From Octopus vulgaris (taxonomy: Eukaryota): a DNA stretch of 64,000 nt. The first letter of the stretch is position 1. Each line of letters opens with the position of its first letter. Positions 1 to 12,614 of this stretch are shown one piece after another. Position numbers and translations under genes: made by a program. The stretch spans positions 78,368,001 through 78,432,000 of the forward strand of contig OX597818.1 of assembly GCA_951406725.2 (NCBI GenBank). The letters run 5' to 3'. The notes under the pieces are model-generated. The model was not told where the DNA came from and ran no database searches. It saw only the letters and a list, made by a program, of their open reading frames with translations.

Positions 1-155
1 AGGCGGCGAGCTGGCAGAATTGTTAGTACATCGGACAAAATGTTTTACTGCATTTCATCCGGTCCTTTACATTCTGGATTCAAATTTCGTCGAGGTTGAC
101 TTTGCCTTCTATTCTTTCGGGGGTCGATGAAATAAGTACCATTTGAATACTGAGG
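1..155 (+). mobile_element. Degenerate tRNA-derived SINE (family B, 'aggcggcgagctggcagaat' head)
   Basis: A-box-like GAGCTGGCAGAAT and B-box-like GATTCAAATT, then the core 'tttgcc..attctttcgggggtcgatgaaataagtacc' shared with copies at 26740-27165, 56528-56860 and 61460-62290. Confidence 0.8.
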
Positions 156-1049
156 CCTTGTGCCAATATCTCATTGGAAACCACATGTAATGAGGCTTTG
201 AGAACATTAAAATATTCCGCAAAATATATCTGCTGCAATTATGACGTTTTAAATAGTATAATTATATACTTACTGCAATAAATATTAATTCTATAGAATT
301 TGTTACAGGGCATGTTCCTGGAAATTACTGAACAGCTGCTTAATTATCTTTTAGAAATTGGTGCTTAACTTAACTCACGTTGTGTAATTGCTGTAATATA
401 CTATACACATTAATTGCTACTGCTACGTCTAAAAAATATTCTTTTTCTCTTAAAAAACAAATAAATTATTATATACTTGCCCATAAAAAATATGTTTTAA
501 CAAAATTGTTATCCGTCATTTGACAGGTAACTTTGAAAGTACACTTTTGTCACTGTAAGATATATCAGGAAATATGGCATTCATGTAATAAATATAATTA
601 TAACTTTTATACAAAATGATGACAGGAATTCTACTTTTCAAAATAACTTACCGTAAAATAAAATAAAATAAAGCAACATTCCATAGATAAAAAGAAATCA
701 AAAAGAAAATTAATCTCCGTATTAATTTTATATAATAGACGTTAGGCACACTCACCCTGTGTGTGTGTGTTCTTTATGATTCTTTCTCTGCTACTAAGTA
801 CCAGTCAAATACTGGAATAATGGTATTGACTAGTCACCTTCCCTGAAAAATTCTGGTCTTGTGCCTTAATTCGAAAATCAACCAGCATGTCATTTCGCGT
901 GATATAGATTTTAGTTCTGGTTTATATTCAGGAGCTTTGGTTCACTTCTCTTCATGGAAATAATGAGCAACTGCTCTAAATAACATGATACCAGGACCGC
1001 TATATGATTTCAATAAATGACTAAATGAAGACAGATTAGCTTCCTAGAT

Positions 1050-1595
1050 CAGGGGTTCCAAACCATCGAACCGGGGACCAGTACTGGGCCGGTAATCGTT
1101 TGGCACCTTGTCGCACAGAAGAAAATAGCAAATTTTTACATTTTATATCCATATTATTGACTATCCTACTCTCTTTTATTTTTTACTCTTTTACTTGTTT
1201 CAGTCATTTGACTGCGGCCATGTTGGAACACCGCCTTTAGTCGAGCAAATCGACCCCAGGGCTTATTCTTTGTAAGCCTAGTACTTATTCTATCGGTCTC
1301 TTTTGCCGAACTGATATGTTGTGGGGACGTAAACACACCAGCATCGGTTGTCAAGCGATGTTGGGGGGAACAGACATATGCATATATACGACGGGCTTCT
1401 TTCAGTTTCCGTCTATCAAATCCACTCACAAGGCTTTGGTCGGCTCGAGGGTATAGTAGAAGACACTTGCCCAAAGGGCCACGCAGTGGGACTGAACCCG
1501 GAACACTGTGGTTGGTAAGCAAGCTACTTACCACACAGTCACTCCTGCGCCTGAGCGAAACCTGTTCGTGGCGCAAAGAAGATGAGGGATCGATG
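1050..1595. mobile_element. hAT/Charlie-like MITE interrupted by a SINE
   Basis: Left end CAGGGGTTCCAAACC and degenerate right end GCAAAGAAGATGAGGGATCGATG resemble CAGGGGT...GGTTGGGGACCGCTG termini. The left flank TCCTAGAT resembles the Charlie NTCTAGAN target. Confidence 0.5.
1167..1551 (-). mobile_element. Full-length tRNA-derived SINE (family A)
   Basis: Minus strand starts GGCGCAGGAGTGACTGTGTGGTAAG, has B-box GGTTCAGTCCC and ends in an (AGTAAAAG)-type tail. Highly similar to 15056-15453 and 23145-23510. Confidence 0.9.
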
Positions 1596-1829
1596 TTCTC
1601 CTTTATATAACTGGTTCAGCCAATTCGTTTCTTGCAATAAAATTTCCTTAGAATGACTTTAACTTTCATTTTTTTTTTTAATAAAATACTGACATATAAA
1701 GAACTGATGTTAATCCAAATTATAATTCTTTTTCTGAATGTTTCTCAGCCTTGTGTACAGACCAAATATGTCTTTGATGTTATAATTTCATGCTTGCTTG
1801 TTGAAGTGAATGTTCAATTCAATTTACAG

Positions 1830-1972
1830 ACTGGTTTAAGAATATTTATTTCCCAACATTAAGAGAACGAATGAGCGAAACTTATGAAATGGCTGTGAGT
1901 CAACTAGAATCTAAGGGAGTAACAGTGTACCGTTCCAGTGGAGGGTTCTTCATTTGGGCAAACTTCTGTAAG
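1830..1972 (+). CDS. ACCS: ACC synthase-like protein, internal coding exon (phase 1 in, phase 0 out)
   Basis: Acceptor tttacag and donor gtgagt. Open frame (D)WFKNIYFPTLRERMSETYEMAVSQLESKGVTVYRSSGGFFIWANFCK aligns by eye to human ACCS DWINQVYLPENHARL...GAGFFIWVDLRK. Confidence 0.85.
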
Positions 1973-2098
1973 GTGAGTTATATATAAAAATAAAAATAAT
2001 AATAAGTCATTTGTTATAGACACAGTGAAAGCACGTGATGAAAATAAGACTACTGAATAATAATAACAATAATAATAATGATAATAATAATAATAATA

Positions 2099-2183
<85 letters not shown>

Positions 2184-2201
2184 GAAGAAGAAGAAGAAGA
2201 A

Positions 2202-2562
2202 ACAGATCAGTGCGAAAAACAGGATAACAGGTATCATCACTCTAACCGTCCCAGTTATAAGTTACAGCTACAATATTCTTAACTGGACTCTAAATGAACT
2301 AATCAGAATAGACAGGAAAACGAGTAAACTAATGACAAGATTTATGATGCACCACCCAAAATCTGACATAGAAAAGTTATATATACAACATATGGAAGGT
2401 GATAGATGCCTTAAACAGCTAGAAAACCACTACAAAATAACCACCATAGGACTACAGACCTACTTGAGAAGCAAAGAAAACTATTACAAATAGCCACAAA
2501 ATAAAACTCTGTTTTCTGTCGTTAAGGAAATACAAAAATACAAAAAAGAAGTCATAGTACCT
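2202..2562 (+). mobile_element. R4/Dong-type RLE LINE fragment following a (TAA)n/(GAT)n tract
   Basis: Translation ...PVISYSYNILNWTLNELIRIDRKTSKLMTRFMMHHPKSDIEKLY... is homologous to 47260-47570. A short 3'-end remnant of the same family lies at 2017-2056. Confidence 0.8.
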
Positions 2563-3155
2563 ATCATCATCATTGTTCGACCGTGGTCGAGACAATGGAA
2601 TTTACCATGCTACGCCAGACTTCACGGTCCATCATGGCATTACGGAGGTCCTGTTGCTGGATGCCTGTATCCCTGGAGATTACATCAGGGTAGGAGAGTG
2701 TGCGCCCCCTGGTATTGCGAGTAGATGGCTTCCAGAGGAGAAGAGTAGAAATTACCTCTTTTTCAGCTCTACAACAATGTCCAGCAAACTGGACTCTCTT
2801 ACACTTCACAAGAGATGACAAAGGTGGTAGTTTCCCATATATTTGCATTTTGGTTGGATGTCTCTTCCACGAGAGATTTTGAGCTCTCATAAGGAGGCAA
2901 GTGTAGGTTCCATCTAACCGCCTCTCAAGCTTCTTTGATAACGTCCAGGTTTCTGAGCCATATAGTAGAATTTGTTCGACTGTAGCTTTGAAGATTTCAA
3001 GTTTGAAGTCTCTACTTAGATTTGATGACCAGATCTTATGAATGTCATTACAGGCTGATCAGGCCATACCCTTTCTAGTTAGAAAGTCTTTTCCCGATGA
3101 TGATATGTATGACCCAAGATATTTGTAATCAGAAACCATATTTAAGGGCGCATTG
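2563..3155 (-). mobile_element. RTE-clade LINE, 5'-truncated 3' fragment
   Basis: YKYLGSYI and RVQFAGHCCR...LLLWKP...DREVWRSMV are RTE C-terminal motifs. The element ends in a (TGA)n tail. Confidence 0.8.
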
Positions 3156-4385
3156 TTGAAATAAAACCAAGAAGAGACAGAGGCTTGGGTCAATGTTCGT
3201 GGTGGCATGGCGAGACCCATTCCTGTAGAGAATGGTATTAAGCAGGGTGACATCCTTGCCCCCAACTCCCTTTTTTTTGTACTTTGCTGCTGCTTTTACT
3301 CATGCTTTTGCTAAGGTTAGCTCTCTGGGAACATATGTTAAGTAGCGATCTTCTGGCCGCCTTTTCAATCTTATTCGTCACCTCCTTTATGCAGATGACT
3401 GTGACTTAGTCACTCATACAGTGGATGACATGCAAATATTTATCAATCGTATTTCTGCTTCTTGCAAGGCATTTGGACTCAGCATTAGCCTGGACAAGTC
3501 TATTGTAATGTTCCAGCCTGCACCAGGAAATTCATATGTGGAACCAGCTATCTTGGTTGAAGGAACAATACTGAAGCACACGCAGCCGTTCTTGCTCTCT
3601 GGATGATGAAATATATTTCAGGTTGCAGAAAGTAACTGATTCCTTCCGGTCTCTTCAGTCTCGTGTCTGGTCCCAGCATGGCATCACAAGGCAATCAAAA
3701 ATTGCTTGTGTACCGTGCATGTGTACTGACATCGCTCCTTTACTCATGTAATACACGGACCCTTTACAAGAGTCACGTAAGGGTCCTTGAACGCTTTCAT
3801 CAGAGATGTCTTAGACACATTCTGAATATTGGCTGGACTTTAAAAACTCCAGACATACAGGTCCTGAGAACAGCTGATATCTTGAGTATTGAAGCGATGG
3901 TGCACAAGTACCGGTTATGTTGGACTGGATACCTTATTAGAATGAAGGATAACAGGATTCCTAAACAGACGCTATATAGGGAACTTGTAAGTGGAAAGAG
4001 ACCCCAGCAGAAACCAATGTTGCAATTTAAGGACTGTATCAAATCTTCATTAAAGGCCTGTGATATGCAGGAAACTTACTGGAAGAGCAATGCCTGTCAT
4101 TGTCACAGATGGAGGAAGCAGGTTAAGGAGGAGTTCGGCACCTTTGAGAGAGCACGTATTCTACAGAAGAATTTAAGCGGGCTGCTCGAAAGCGCACTGC
4201 TAGTGAAGTAAATGGAGAAAGCTTGGTCTGCAATGTTTGCAGTCGTGTATGTTTGTCAAGAGCAGGGCTCATTAGCCACCAACAGAACCACAAATGCAAA
4301 ATATAAGTTAGTCCTAAAGCGCACAATATTCCTAAAGGTCAGCAATTATCTTTCTCCGTCATGAGTCGACGACCATCATCATCAT
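3156..4385 (+). mobile_element. RTE/BovB-like LINE, 5'-truncated and decayed
   Basis: Contains GIKQGDILAP, LLYADDCDL and ERFHQRCLRHIL..RIPKQTLYREL..GKR. A C-terminal C2H2 finger CNVCSRVCLSRAGLISHQQNH lies near 4228-4293, followed by a (CAT)n tail. Confidence 0.88.
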
Positions 4386-5060
4386 GTATGTATGTACACA
4401 CACACATACACACACACACATACGCACTCACACGCACGCATAAGTGCCAGTTGAAGCGTCAATGTTATCACCATATTCATTATTTATAATGTTCTTAAAT
4501 AGTAAAACAGGTCCATATTTATAAGGTAATACACACTGCCGGGAACCGAATCCATATTCTATATTTGTAATCACGATGTATAACTGCAAATACAATGAGA
4601 AATCAATATACCAACGTACAAATATGTCATATTTAAATTTTATTTAGCAGCTGGAATTGTTCCTCTTCATGTCTTCAATAAAACTAAGGTCAAACTCATT
4701 AAGCTAATAATTTTGTCTCTTCTCATGGTGATGATAATTTAATTTAAATATATATTTATTCGTTTTACTTTCTATATTCTTGTACGAACGAGTTCAATTG
4801 ATTCTTATAGTAATAGTCTTTAACATAATTTAACTTGCAGCTCTGAAAGGATGAAAGGCAAAGTCGACCTCAGCAGAATTTGAACGTTAAGTGTTTCGCC
4901 CAACGTTCATTCTTTCTTGACAAGAACAGAGCCTAAAATCATTAATTTAATAATTAAAAGAATAACTAGTTAAATATTTATGATCACTATATTCCTTAGC
5001 TTCCACACTAAAAAAAGAAATATGTAAATGTATTTATAAAGAATATTTCATTCGTTTCAG

Positions 5061-5214
5061 TTTATGAAAGAAGATACTTTCGAATGTGAAATGGAACTTT
5101 TTAAAACTTTCTTCGAACACAAAGTTTTCTTTTGTGGTGGAAGAATTTCTTACTCAAAGGAACCAGGCTGGTTTCGTATTATTTTTACCCGGAAGATGCC
5201 TATTCTAAAAGTTG
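5061..5214 (+). CDS. ACCS: ACC synthase-like protein, penultimate coding exon
   Basis: Acceptor ttcgtttcag and donor gtaagt, phase-compatible with the previous exon. Encodes FMKEDTFECEMELFKTFFEHKVFFCGGRISYSKEPGWFRIIFTRK, with the hallmark EPGWFR motif of ACC synthase/ACCS. Confidence 0.9.
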
Positions 5215-5229
5215 GTAAGTATTCAATTG

Positions 5230-5343
<114 letters not shown>

Positions 5344-5534
5344 ATGTATCTATCTGTCTCTGTATATCTTTTACCGTTTATCTTTTAGTTGTTCCAGTCA
5401 TTAGACTGCAGCCATTCTGGGGCACCGCCTTGAAGATATTTAGTCGAACGAATTAACCTCAGTACTTATTTGTTTTAAAGCCTGATACTTATTTTGTTGG
5501 TGTCTTTTGCTGAAACGTTAAGTTACGAATACGT

Positions 5535-6150
5535 CATTCCTAAGTTCGACCTTCCAGTTCGTGGCCAGAGCTAAGTCTTGCGCTGCCAGTATAGTGCTCT
5601 CGGTCTCTTTTTTAGTGTTTCTTTCATCAGCGAATCCACCTATTTTTTCCAGCAACTTCTGTTGCATGGAATTAATCGTGTAATCCCTTCTTGCGTAATT
5701 CTTTTTCGTGTCCTTTTTGCACTTCTTCCTTTGGTTTTCCTTTTTTCTCTGCTTTCAATACTCTCTCGTTCCTAACTGTCACCAGCAAAGTTTCCTTACT
5801 TTGGGCTAGGTATCTCATTAAGCTCTCGAGTTCGATACGCACGCAGTCTTCCACATTTATCCTCTATTTGCTCTTTTCACGTATAGGCGATCTCTGACCG
5901 CAAGTGGATGATGGGCACTATGCATCGTTAGAAGCTTTCTACACTTTCTGTCCATCTCCTTTAGCTCCCCCTCTGTTCGCTTCAGAACTCCAGCGCCATA
6001 CCGAACTACTGCGATTGCGCGCGAGCTCATTGCCGAAATTATGTTTCTGGCATTTTTGTTTTGAAGCCAATATTTTTCTCATTCGCCACAGGTACTCTCT
6101 TTTTGTCTTTTCCTTCATGTCAAACAGCAAAACTGTCGTATTAACACAAG
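5535..6150 (-). mobile_element. Decayed R4/Dong-type LINE fragment in the last ACCS intron
   Basis: KTKREYLWRMRKILASK and EDCVRIELESLMRYLAQSKE resemble the post-RT region of the 59700-61040 family. Confidence 0.65.
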
Positions 6151-6274
6151 AAACAGTTATGATTTCCATTACAATAACTTTCCAAATATATTGTCATTTT
6201 AATGTAACATTTCCCCATACAGTACTCTAATGATTTACTAATATTTATTCTTTTCATCTGTTTATTTTTTAAAG

Positions 6275-6315
6275 CCTTGGAACGCATTGAAAAAGTCCTG
6301 GAATTGTACGGCTAA
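6275..6315 (+). CDS. ACCS: ACC synthase-like protein, terminal coding exon
   Basis: Polypyrimidine tract plus aaag acceptor. The phase-1 join gives (A)LERIEKVLELYG*, matching the ACCS C-terminal helix GMQRVQQVL. Confidence 0.8.
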
Positions 6316-6770
6316 ATTAATTAATCGGTTATTTCCGATATTGCTGAGGAAGAAAATGAAAACAACCTATGAACTCTGAATAAGATTTCATTGACGTATT
6401 TCTTTTAGTTTTCTTACGTAATAATGTGTGCATTAATGTCTGCTTTTGATTGTAATCATTTGTATGGTGTGCATATAGGATAATGGTAACATGTTCCTGG
6501 GGAGTCAATTCTTTGATCTGGTTCCACTTCCTGATTTAACCATTCCACTTCATATACAATTACTAATCGTAACTTCCGTACTCAGTAGTGATAGAGACGG
6601 TGACATAGTCACCATCCTTTAGCTTTGGATCAAAGATATGTAATCAGAAAGATGAGACACAAAAATTGAGAGATCTCATTTCTGATTTACATAATTTATG
6701 TGACATGTGATGGTTACAGTAGAGATGGTCATCTTTTCCGCGGATATGACTTGGTAGGCTCTTACAATAA

Positions 6771-6843
<73 letters not shown>

Positions 6844-7329
6844 TGTATGTATGTATGTATGTATGTATGTATGTATGTGTGTATGTATGTATCTATGTGT
6901 GTGTGTGTGTGTTAATGTGTATGTATTATATATGTATTATAATATGTATATTTGTATTCATATATACGTATGTATATGTATATGTATTTAGATATCTAAC
7001 AAATTTTAAAGTTGTATCTCACTGACAATTGCAATTATTTCACTATAGAAACAGCTGCAAGAAACATTTAAAGCGTTTGCAATCTTAGCAAAATAATAAA
7101 TAACAATTCCGTCAAAATATTACTACAAATATATATAGTTTGATTAAAGAGGGTGTGTTTTATGTATTGTTAGTATATGATTGCATAATCATATATAAAT
7201 GATATTCATTATATGTGTGTTTGCATGCGTATGTGTTGTATATAAGTGTATACACCATAGATAATCATATATAATCATATATATGTGCGTATTTTTCTAG
7301 ATTGCGACATTCTTTTTCCATGCTGGCTC

Positions 7330-7605
7330 AAATTATTTCAGAACATTTATAAAGAGAAGGTCTTACAGCTGTTTCCGAGAATGGTATATACCATTCTGCT
7401 TAAATAATGGATCTGCAGATACAATATCCCTGCATATCACACATCTGTTTTATTTCCTCCACTTCACTCTCTATTTCATATCTTTTCTAGAATAGCTGTT
7501 GCTTAACCATTTTATCACAGCATCTCCGATGAAGGGATATATAAAATATCCCAGAAACAGCTGTGAGACCTTCTTCTTATAAATGTTCTGAAATATTTCA
7601 CAGCC
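7330..7605. mobile_element. Inverted repeat pair with degenerate hammerhead motif (PLE pLTR-like)
   Basis: 7336-7375 is the reverse complement of 7554-7593. The right arm reads CCGATGA-a-GGGATAT-loop-ATATCCC-a-GAAACAGCTGT. Confidence 0.6.
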
Positions 7606-7629
7606 TTGGCTTTTTATCTCATTCTGTTA

Positions 7630-7687
<58 letters not shown>

Positions 7688-7974
7688 AGTGACATTTTAC
7701 AAAAAAACACAAACAAAAGACGAAGACGGGTGTGTAAACAACAAAGAGATGTATTAGTTTAACGCTCGGGAAGTGAGAAACTTTTATGTTTCGACAGAAA
7801 GGAACACAGAAATAAACAAGGAGAGAAAATAGAAAAAGGTTTACTGGCTATATATATAATAAAAAGATATATAATTTTTAAATTTCTTTTTTCCTTATAG
7901 GAATCGAAAAATACAATAAATATAGGGCTGCAAACAGAAGAGCTCAAGTAAAAAAAACTGAGGCAGAAGACAAA

Positions 7975-8389
7975 CTCAGTGGTTAAAAAATAAACATCAG
8001 AACTGGGCAAACGACTTTATATCATCCCCATATATTCACACTGTTGAACATAAATAAATACATATCAAAATACATATTAAAATGCACTTCACGATGAGCA
8101 TTATTCTGGATTCCTTTTACTTTTAATGGCTTAACTATCTTATTCTTTCTAAATTTTTAGTCGCCTTGCTATATGTATACATCCATATTTTCTTCATACG
8201 CATTGCTCTTTAAAGGTTTTTCCAACGATTTTATGTGTATATATATGTATATTCTTATACCTTCGGGTTTTGTGTGCTGAACGCCCTGGTATTTTGATAT
8301 GTATTTATTTATGTTTAACGGTATGAATATATGGGGATGATATCAAGTTGTTTTCCTAATTCTGATGTTTATTTTTTAACCACTTAGTT
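7975..8389. repeat. ~65 bp terminal inverted repeats around a ~285 bp spacer
   Basis: 7975-8038 (agtggttaaaaaataaacatcagaa...tcatccccatatattca) is the reverse complement of 8324-8389. Confidence 0.7.
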
Positions 8390-8410
8390 TATATATATAA
8401 TAAATATAAA

Positions 8411-9144
8411 ATACATCAAGTGCAAGGACATCACCAACGAGTGAAAAATACGTAGAAATACCAAACAAAATATAATAAGAGCAGGACAACAGCAACGGAT
8501 GAAAAATGCGTAAACACAATGAGAGACAAGTACGGGACAAAATGCCGAAAGAAGTCTAACTTCTCCTCGGTTGGCTACAGTTAATTACTTCCTATTTCGA
8601 GCTTTCAACGACAAGATACGAAAACTTCATAAAACAGCAACATCCAGAAATTTCAGAAATATAAAATTTATGGAGAGTTAGAGCGAACGAACACATAACG
8701 ACAGAGTGGACGTACAGAGTAAACAAACAATCGACGAAGAGAAACATTAAGCGCCGTTAAGCCATGACGCATTGTAATAGGTAACGCCTGGGAGAAATTT
8801 TGAAAGTATGCAGAATAAGTAGAAGAGAAGAAAATTGTAGAAGAGAAATAAAAGGGGGAAATGTCGGGAGGCGAGAAAAATGACGTCCAGCCATGTGCAC
8901 GTCGCATCCAGAAAAGACAGATGTAAAAAAATGGCTTGTAGTCATGCAAGAGCAAACAGGTAGAGAAGGAAGACAAGAGAGAGGATGAGGTAAAAAAAAC
9001 AAAGGGAGTGAGAAGAAGGGTGAAGGAACGAAAGATAGTAGGGAGTGAAAGAAAGATAGACAGGGAGCAGCAAAAAGGGAGTGGGAGAAACAGAGAATAA
9101 GGAGGATTGTAGAGGGATAGGGGAAATAAATAAAGAAATAAATA

Positions 9145-9195
<51 letters not shown>

Positions 9196-9452
9196 GGAAG
9201 AGTCGCAGAAATTATAAATAAAAGTAAAAACTTGCTGTGGACAAGGCTGCGTGGCATTCGATTATAAATAAATAAGTATATATAAAGTACATCAAGTACA
9301 GGACATCACCTATGAGTGGAAAATTCGTAAACACACGAGCGATAAATACAGAACAAAATACCAAAAAATAAGTAAGTGCAGGACATCAGCAACGAGTGAA
9401 AAATATATAAACGCATGAGAGACAAGTTCGAGACAAAATACCAAAAGAAGTG
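8411..9452. repeat. Diverged ~150 bp direct repeats (8411-8555 and 9288-9452)
   Basis: Both start tacatcaagt..ggacatcacc and end gagagacaagt.cg.gacaaaat.cc.aaagaagt. Confidence 0.6.
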
Positions 9453-9745
9453 TTCATGATATACAACTGGTGTCAGACAAGCTTGTGTAGCGTGCCGCGT
9501 GTTCACAAGCAATTTTAGACTCAAATACATACAATATAGTTGGTTTTTTCTGGAAAATGGAGAAAGTCTGTTCGACTATGCTGTTTATACAATATGAAAC
9601 TTGTAGCAGCTCGAATTTAAATTCTGTGTATATTAAATGATTTTTATCGCGCACTGGATTGAGTACTTTTATTGTTGATACCACTAATAACGAAACAACA
9701 CACCATTATATAATATATATACATATACATACATACATACATACA

Positions 9746-9776
<31 letters not shown>

Positions 9777-10200
9777 TTATATATGTGTGTGTATATATTA
9801 TATATACATATATATTCAAACGTACATGTATGTATGTATGTATGTATGTATGTGTGCGTATGTATGTATGTATGTATGTATGTATGTATGTATGTATGTA
9901 TGTATGTATGTATGTGTATGTATGTATGTGCGTATGTATGTATGTATGTATGTATGGACGGATGGATGTATGTATATCACTGTATCAATGCATGTACATA
10001 TCATCTTCATCATGTTGGAATGTGTGTTTAACGCAAATAAGATAATATTGTACTATTTCAATAAAAGAAATTATGACATCGTCTTCCTGTGTTAGTATGT
10101 TTTTCTTTTAAATTTAAATTCCATGAGAAATATAGCAAAATACATGTAAGACCGAAAACTACGGAGAGATAGAGGTAGTACAGCAGCATGTGCGCGTGTG

Positions 10201-10279
<79 letters not shown>

Positions 10280-10610
10280 TGTGTGTGTGTGTGTGGATAG
10301 ATAGACATTCACACATATGTATACGTAAACACATTCTTACATACATACGTTCATACGTACACACACATACATATTTACATACATACATACATACATACTT
10401 ACACACACACACACACACACACACGAAGGACGTCCGCACAATTTTCTCAACCAAATGCACTTACAAGATATTGGTTAACGCCAGTCCATAGTGCAAGACG
10501 CTTGACTAAGGTGCCCTGCAGTTGGACTGAACACGAAACGATATATTTGCAAACCCCACCCAAATACACACACACACAAGTACTCTCGGACAAACTAGGT
10601 CTGTGCACAA

Positions 10611-10716
10611 TGACTGAAGCATGTTTTGAATTAGATGATAACTGAAGCATGTTTTGAATTAGATGATAACTGAAGCATGTTTTGAATTAGATGATAATGT
10701 TTTGATTAGATGATAA
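10611..10716. repeat. 28-bp tandem repeat x3 plus a partial copy, at the start of the Gypsy remnant
   Basis: Unit ctgaagcatgttttgaattagatgataa is repeated exactly three times. Confidence 0.9.
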
Positions 10717-12614
10717 TCGGAAAGTGCCTTTTGCGTTAACAAAGCAAGTGCACGATGAAACGGACAGATTGGAAAAAAAACGGAATCATTGAAAAAGTTT
10801 AAATGACTGTTTAAAAATGAGCCGTTATCCACTGCCGACCCCAGAAGATATCTTTACAAAACTAAACGGAGGAAAAATATTTTCAAAACTCGATTTGTCT
10901 GACCCATATCAACATATCAACCCATATCAACAAATCAAAGTAGATAAAAAATGCTCAAAGCTGTTATCGATCAACACGCACAGAGGTCTATACAAATACA
11001 ATATACTACCTTTTGGACTGAACGTAGCACCTGCAATATTTCAAGAGGTGATGGGCGCGATGTTGGCAGACTGTCAATTTGCTATTCCTTACCTTGATGA
11101 CGTTTTAATCAAAAGCGAATCGCAGAATGAGCATATCGAATACGAACTTTTTTTTTTCTTTTTTAATATTAAGGATCGAAGATGTCTTGACCCGTCGAGA
11201 GCAGACGCAATGAAGAATATGCCTCCTCCAATGAATATACCGACATGACAAGCTTTCCTTGGCCTAGCAAATTACTGTCAACAGTACATTCCAAATATAC
11301 ATAAATTGAGAGCACCATTAAACTAGTTACTAAAAAAGAAGAAGTAAAATGGGATTGGTCAGCAAAGTGCCAAAACGCATTTGAAGACATAAAGAAAATA
11401 CTAATTTCTGACTTGTTACTAGCGCATTTCAATCCCAGAATGGCTATCGTTGTAGCATCAGATGCTTTGAAGCATGGAGTAGGAGAAATCTTGCTGCACA
11501 AGTATAAAGATGGAAATATGAAGCCAGTAGTTCATCCTTCACGTTCGTTGATAGCAGCGAGAAAAAGTATAGTCAAATAGAGAAGGAAGCTCTATTGATT
11601 ATTTTTGCGGCAAAAAAATTTCACAAATTTCTACATGGTAGAAGCTTTTTGTTACAAACCTACCATCGACCTTTACTATAAATTTTTAGATCAAAGAATG
11701 AATTGCCTACCCATACAGCGAACCGACTACAACGCTGGGGTACAATGTTGCTGAACTACAATTTTAAGATGCAGTATATTCCATCGAAGAAAATTGGTCA
11801 TGCAGACTGCTTATCGAGGCTAATTCCCAACAGCGTGGAATCGCTAGAAGAGACCGTGACAGCATCATTGCAGTCAGAAAATGCAGTAAGAAGTATTGTG
11901 TGTATTATAATTTAGGAACTGCCGGTGACAGCGCATGATATATAAATGAAGTCTGTAGATGATAGTTACATTACAAGAATGAAAGAAACGTTGAAAAATA
12001 AGCATAATAAAAATACAAATTCAAATAATTTCTCACTCTGCGACGATGTCTTAATGTACGCGCGGAGAGTAGTAGTACCAAGTGCACTACAGAAACGAGT
12101 ATTGCAACAATTCCATGGTAGACAGCCGAGAATGCCCAGAATGAAACTTGAATGAGGAACTTTATATAATGGCCGACTATGGACAGGGACATTGAGAAAT
12201 TGGTGAAAGCATGTAGAGGTTGCGCGTTGGCAACCGAAGCACCACCAGTAAAATACCATTCACGACCGGAGACTGAAAGCCCATTATCCAGGATACATAT
12301 CGACTACACTGGACCAGTGAACAGCGCATACTATCTAATTGTTGTGGATAGAGTTATGCAGATGTAATAAACCCGCAGCAAGGACAACAATAAAGTTCAT
12401 GCTGGAGTTATTTGCTCGATACGATGTTCCAGATACGTTAGTTTCAGATAATGGAACACAATTCACGGGATGTGAATTGAGACATTTCTGCAAATGCATG
12501 CCATAAAGCATATCTTAAACCGGCCCTGTCACCCGAGGTCAAATGGGCAGGCGGAAAGATTTGTCGACACATTCAAAAAGTCTCTAAGAAAAGCTAGGAA
12601 CGAGCTAGATAATG
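10611..12614 (+). mobile_element. Decayed Ty3/Gypsy pol (RT-RNaseH-integrase), K02A2.6/Mag-like, no LTRs visible
   Basis: Motifs YPLPTPEDIF, FSKLDL, LPFGLNVAPAIFQ, YLDDVLI, VASDA, RLQRW, RIHIDYTGP, SDNGTQF and HPRSNGQAERFV occur in Gypsy order, with many stops and frameshifts. Confidence 0.92.

Noticed and set aside
905-1035. Possible upstream ACCS exon (DFSSGLYSGAL...LNEDR resembles DFGMSGLRFG...LLRDR)
   Set aside because: It has in-frame stops and no suitable acceptor or donor, while the downstream exons are intact. The real exon probably lies before the window.
10611-10716. CRISPR-like repeat array
   Set aside because: The 28-bp units are head-to-tail with no spacers, there are no cas genes, and the context is eukaryotic.
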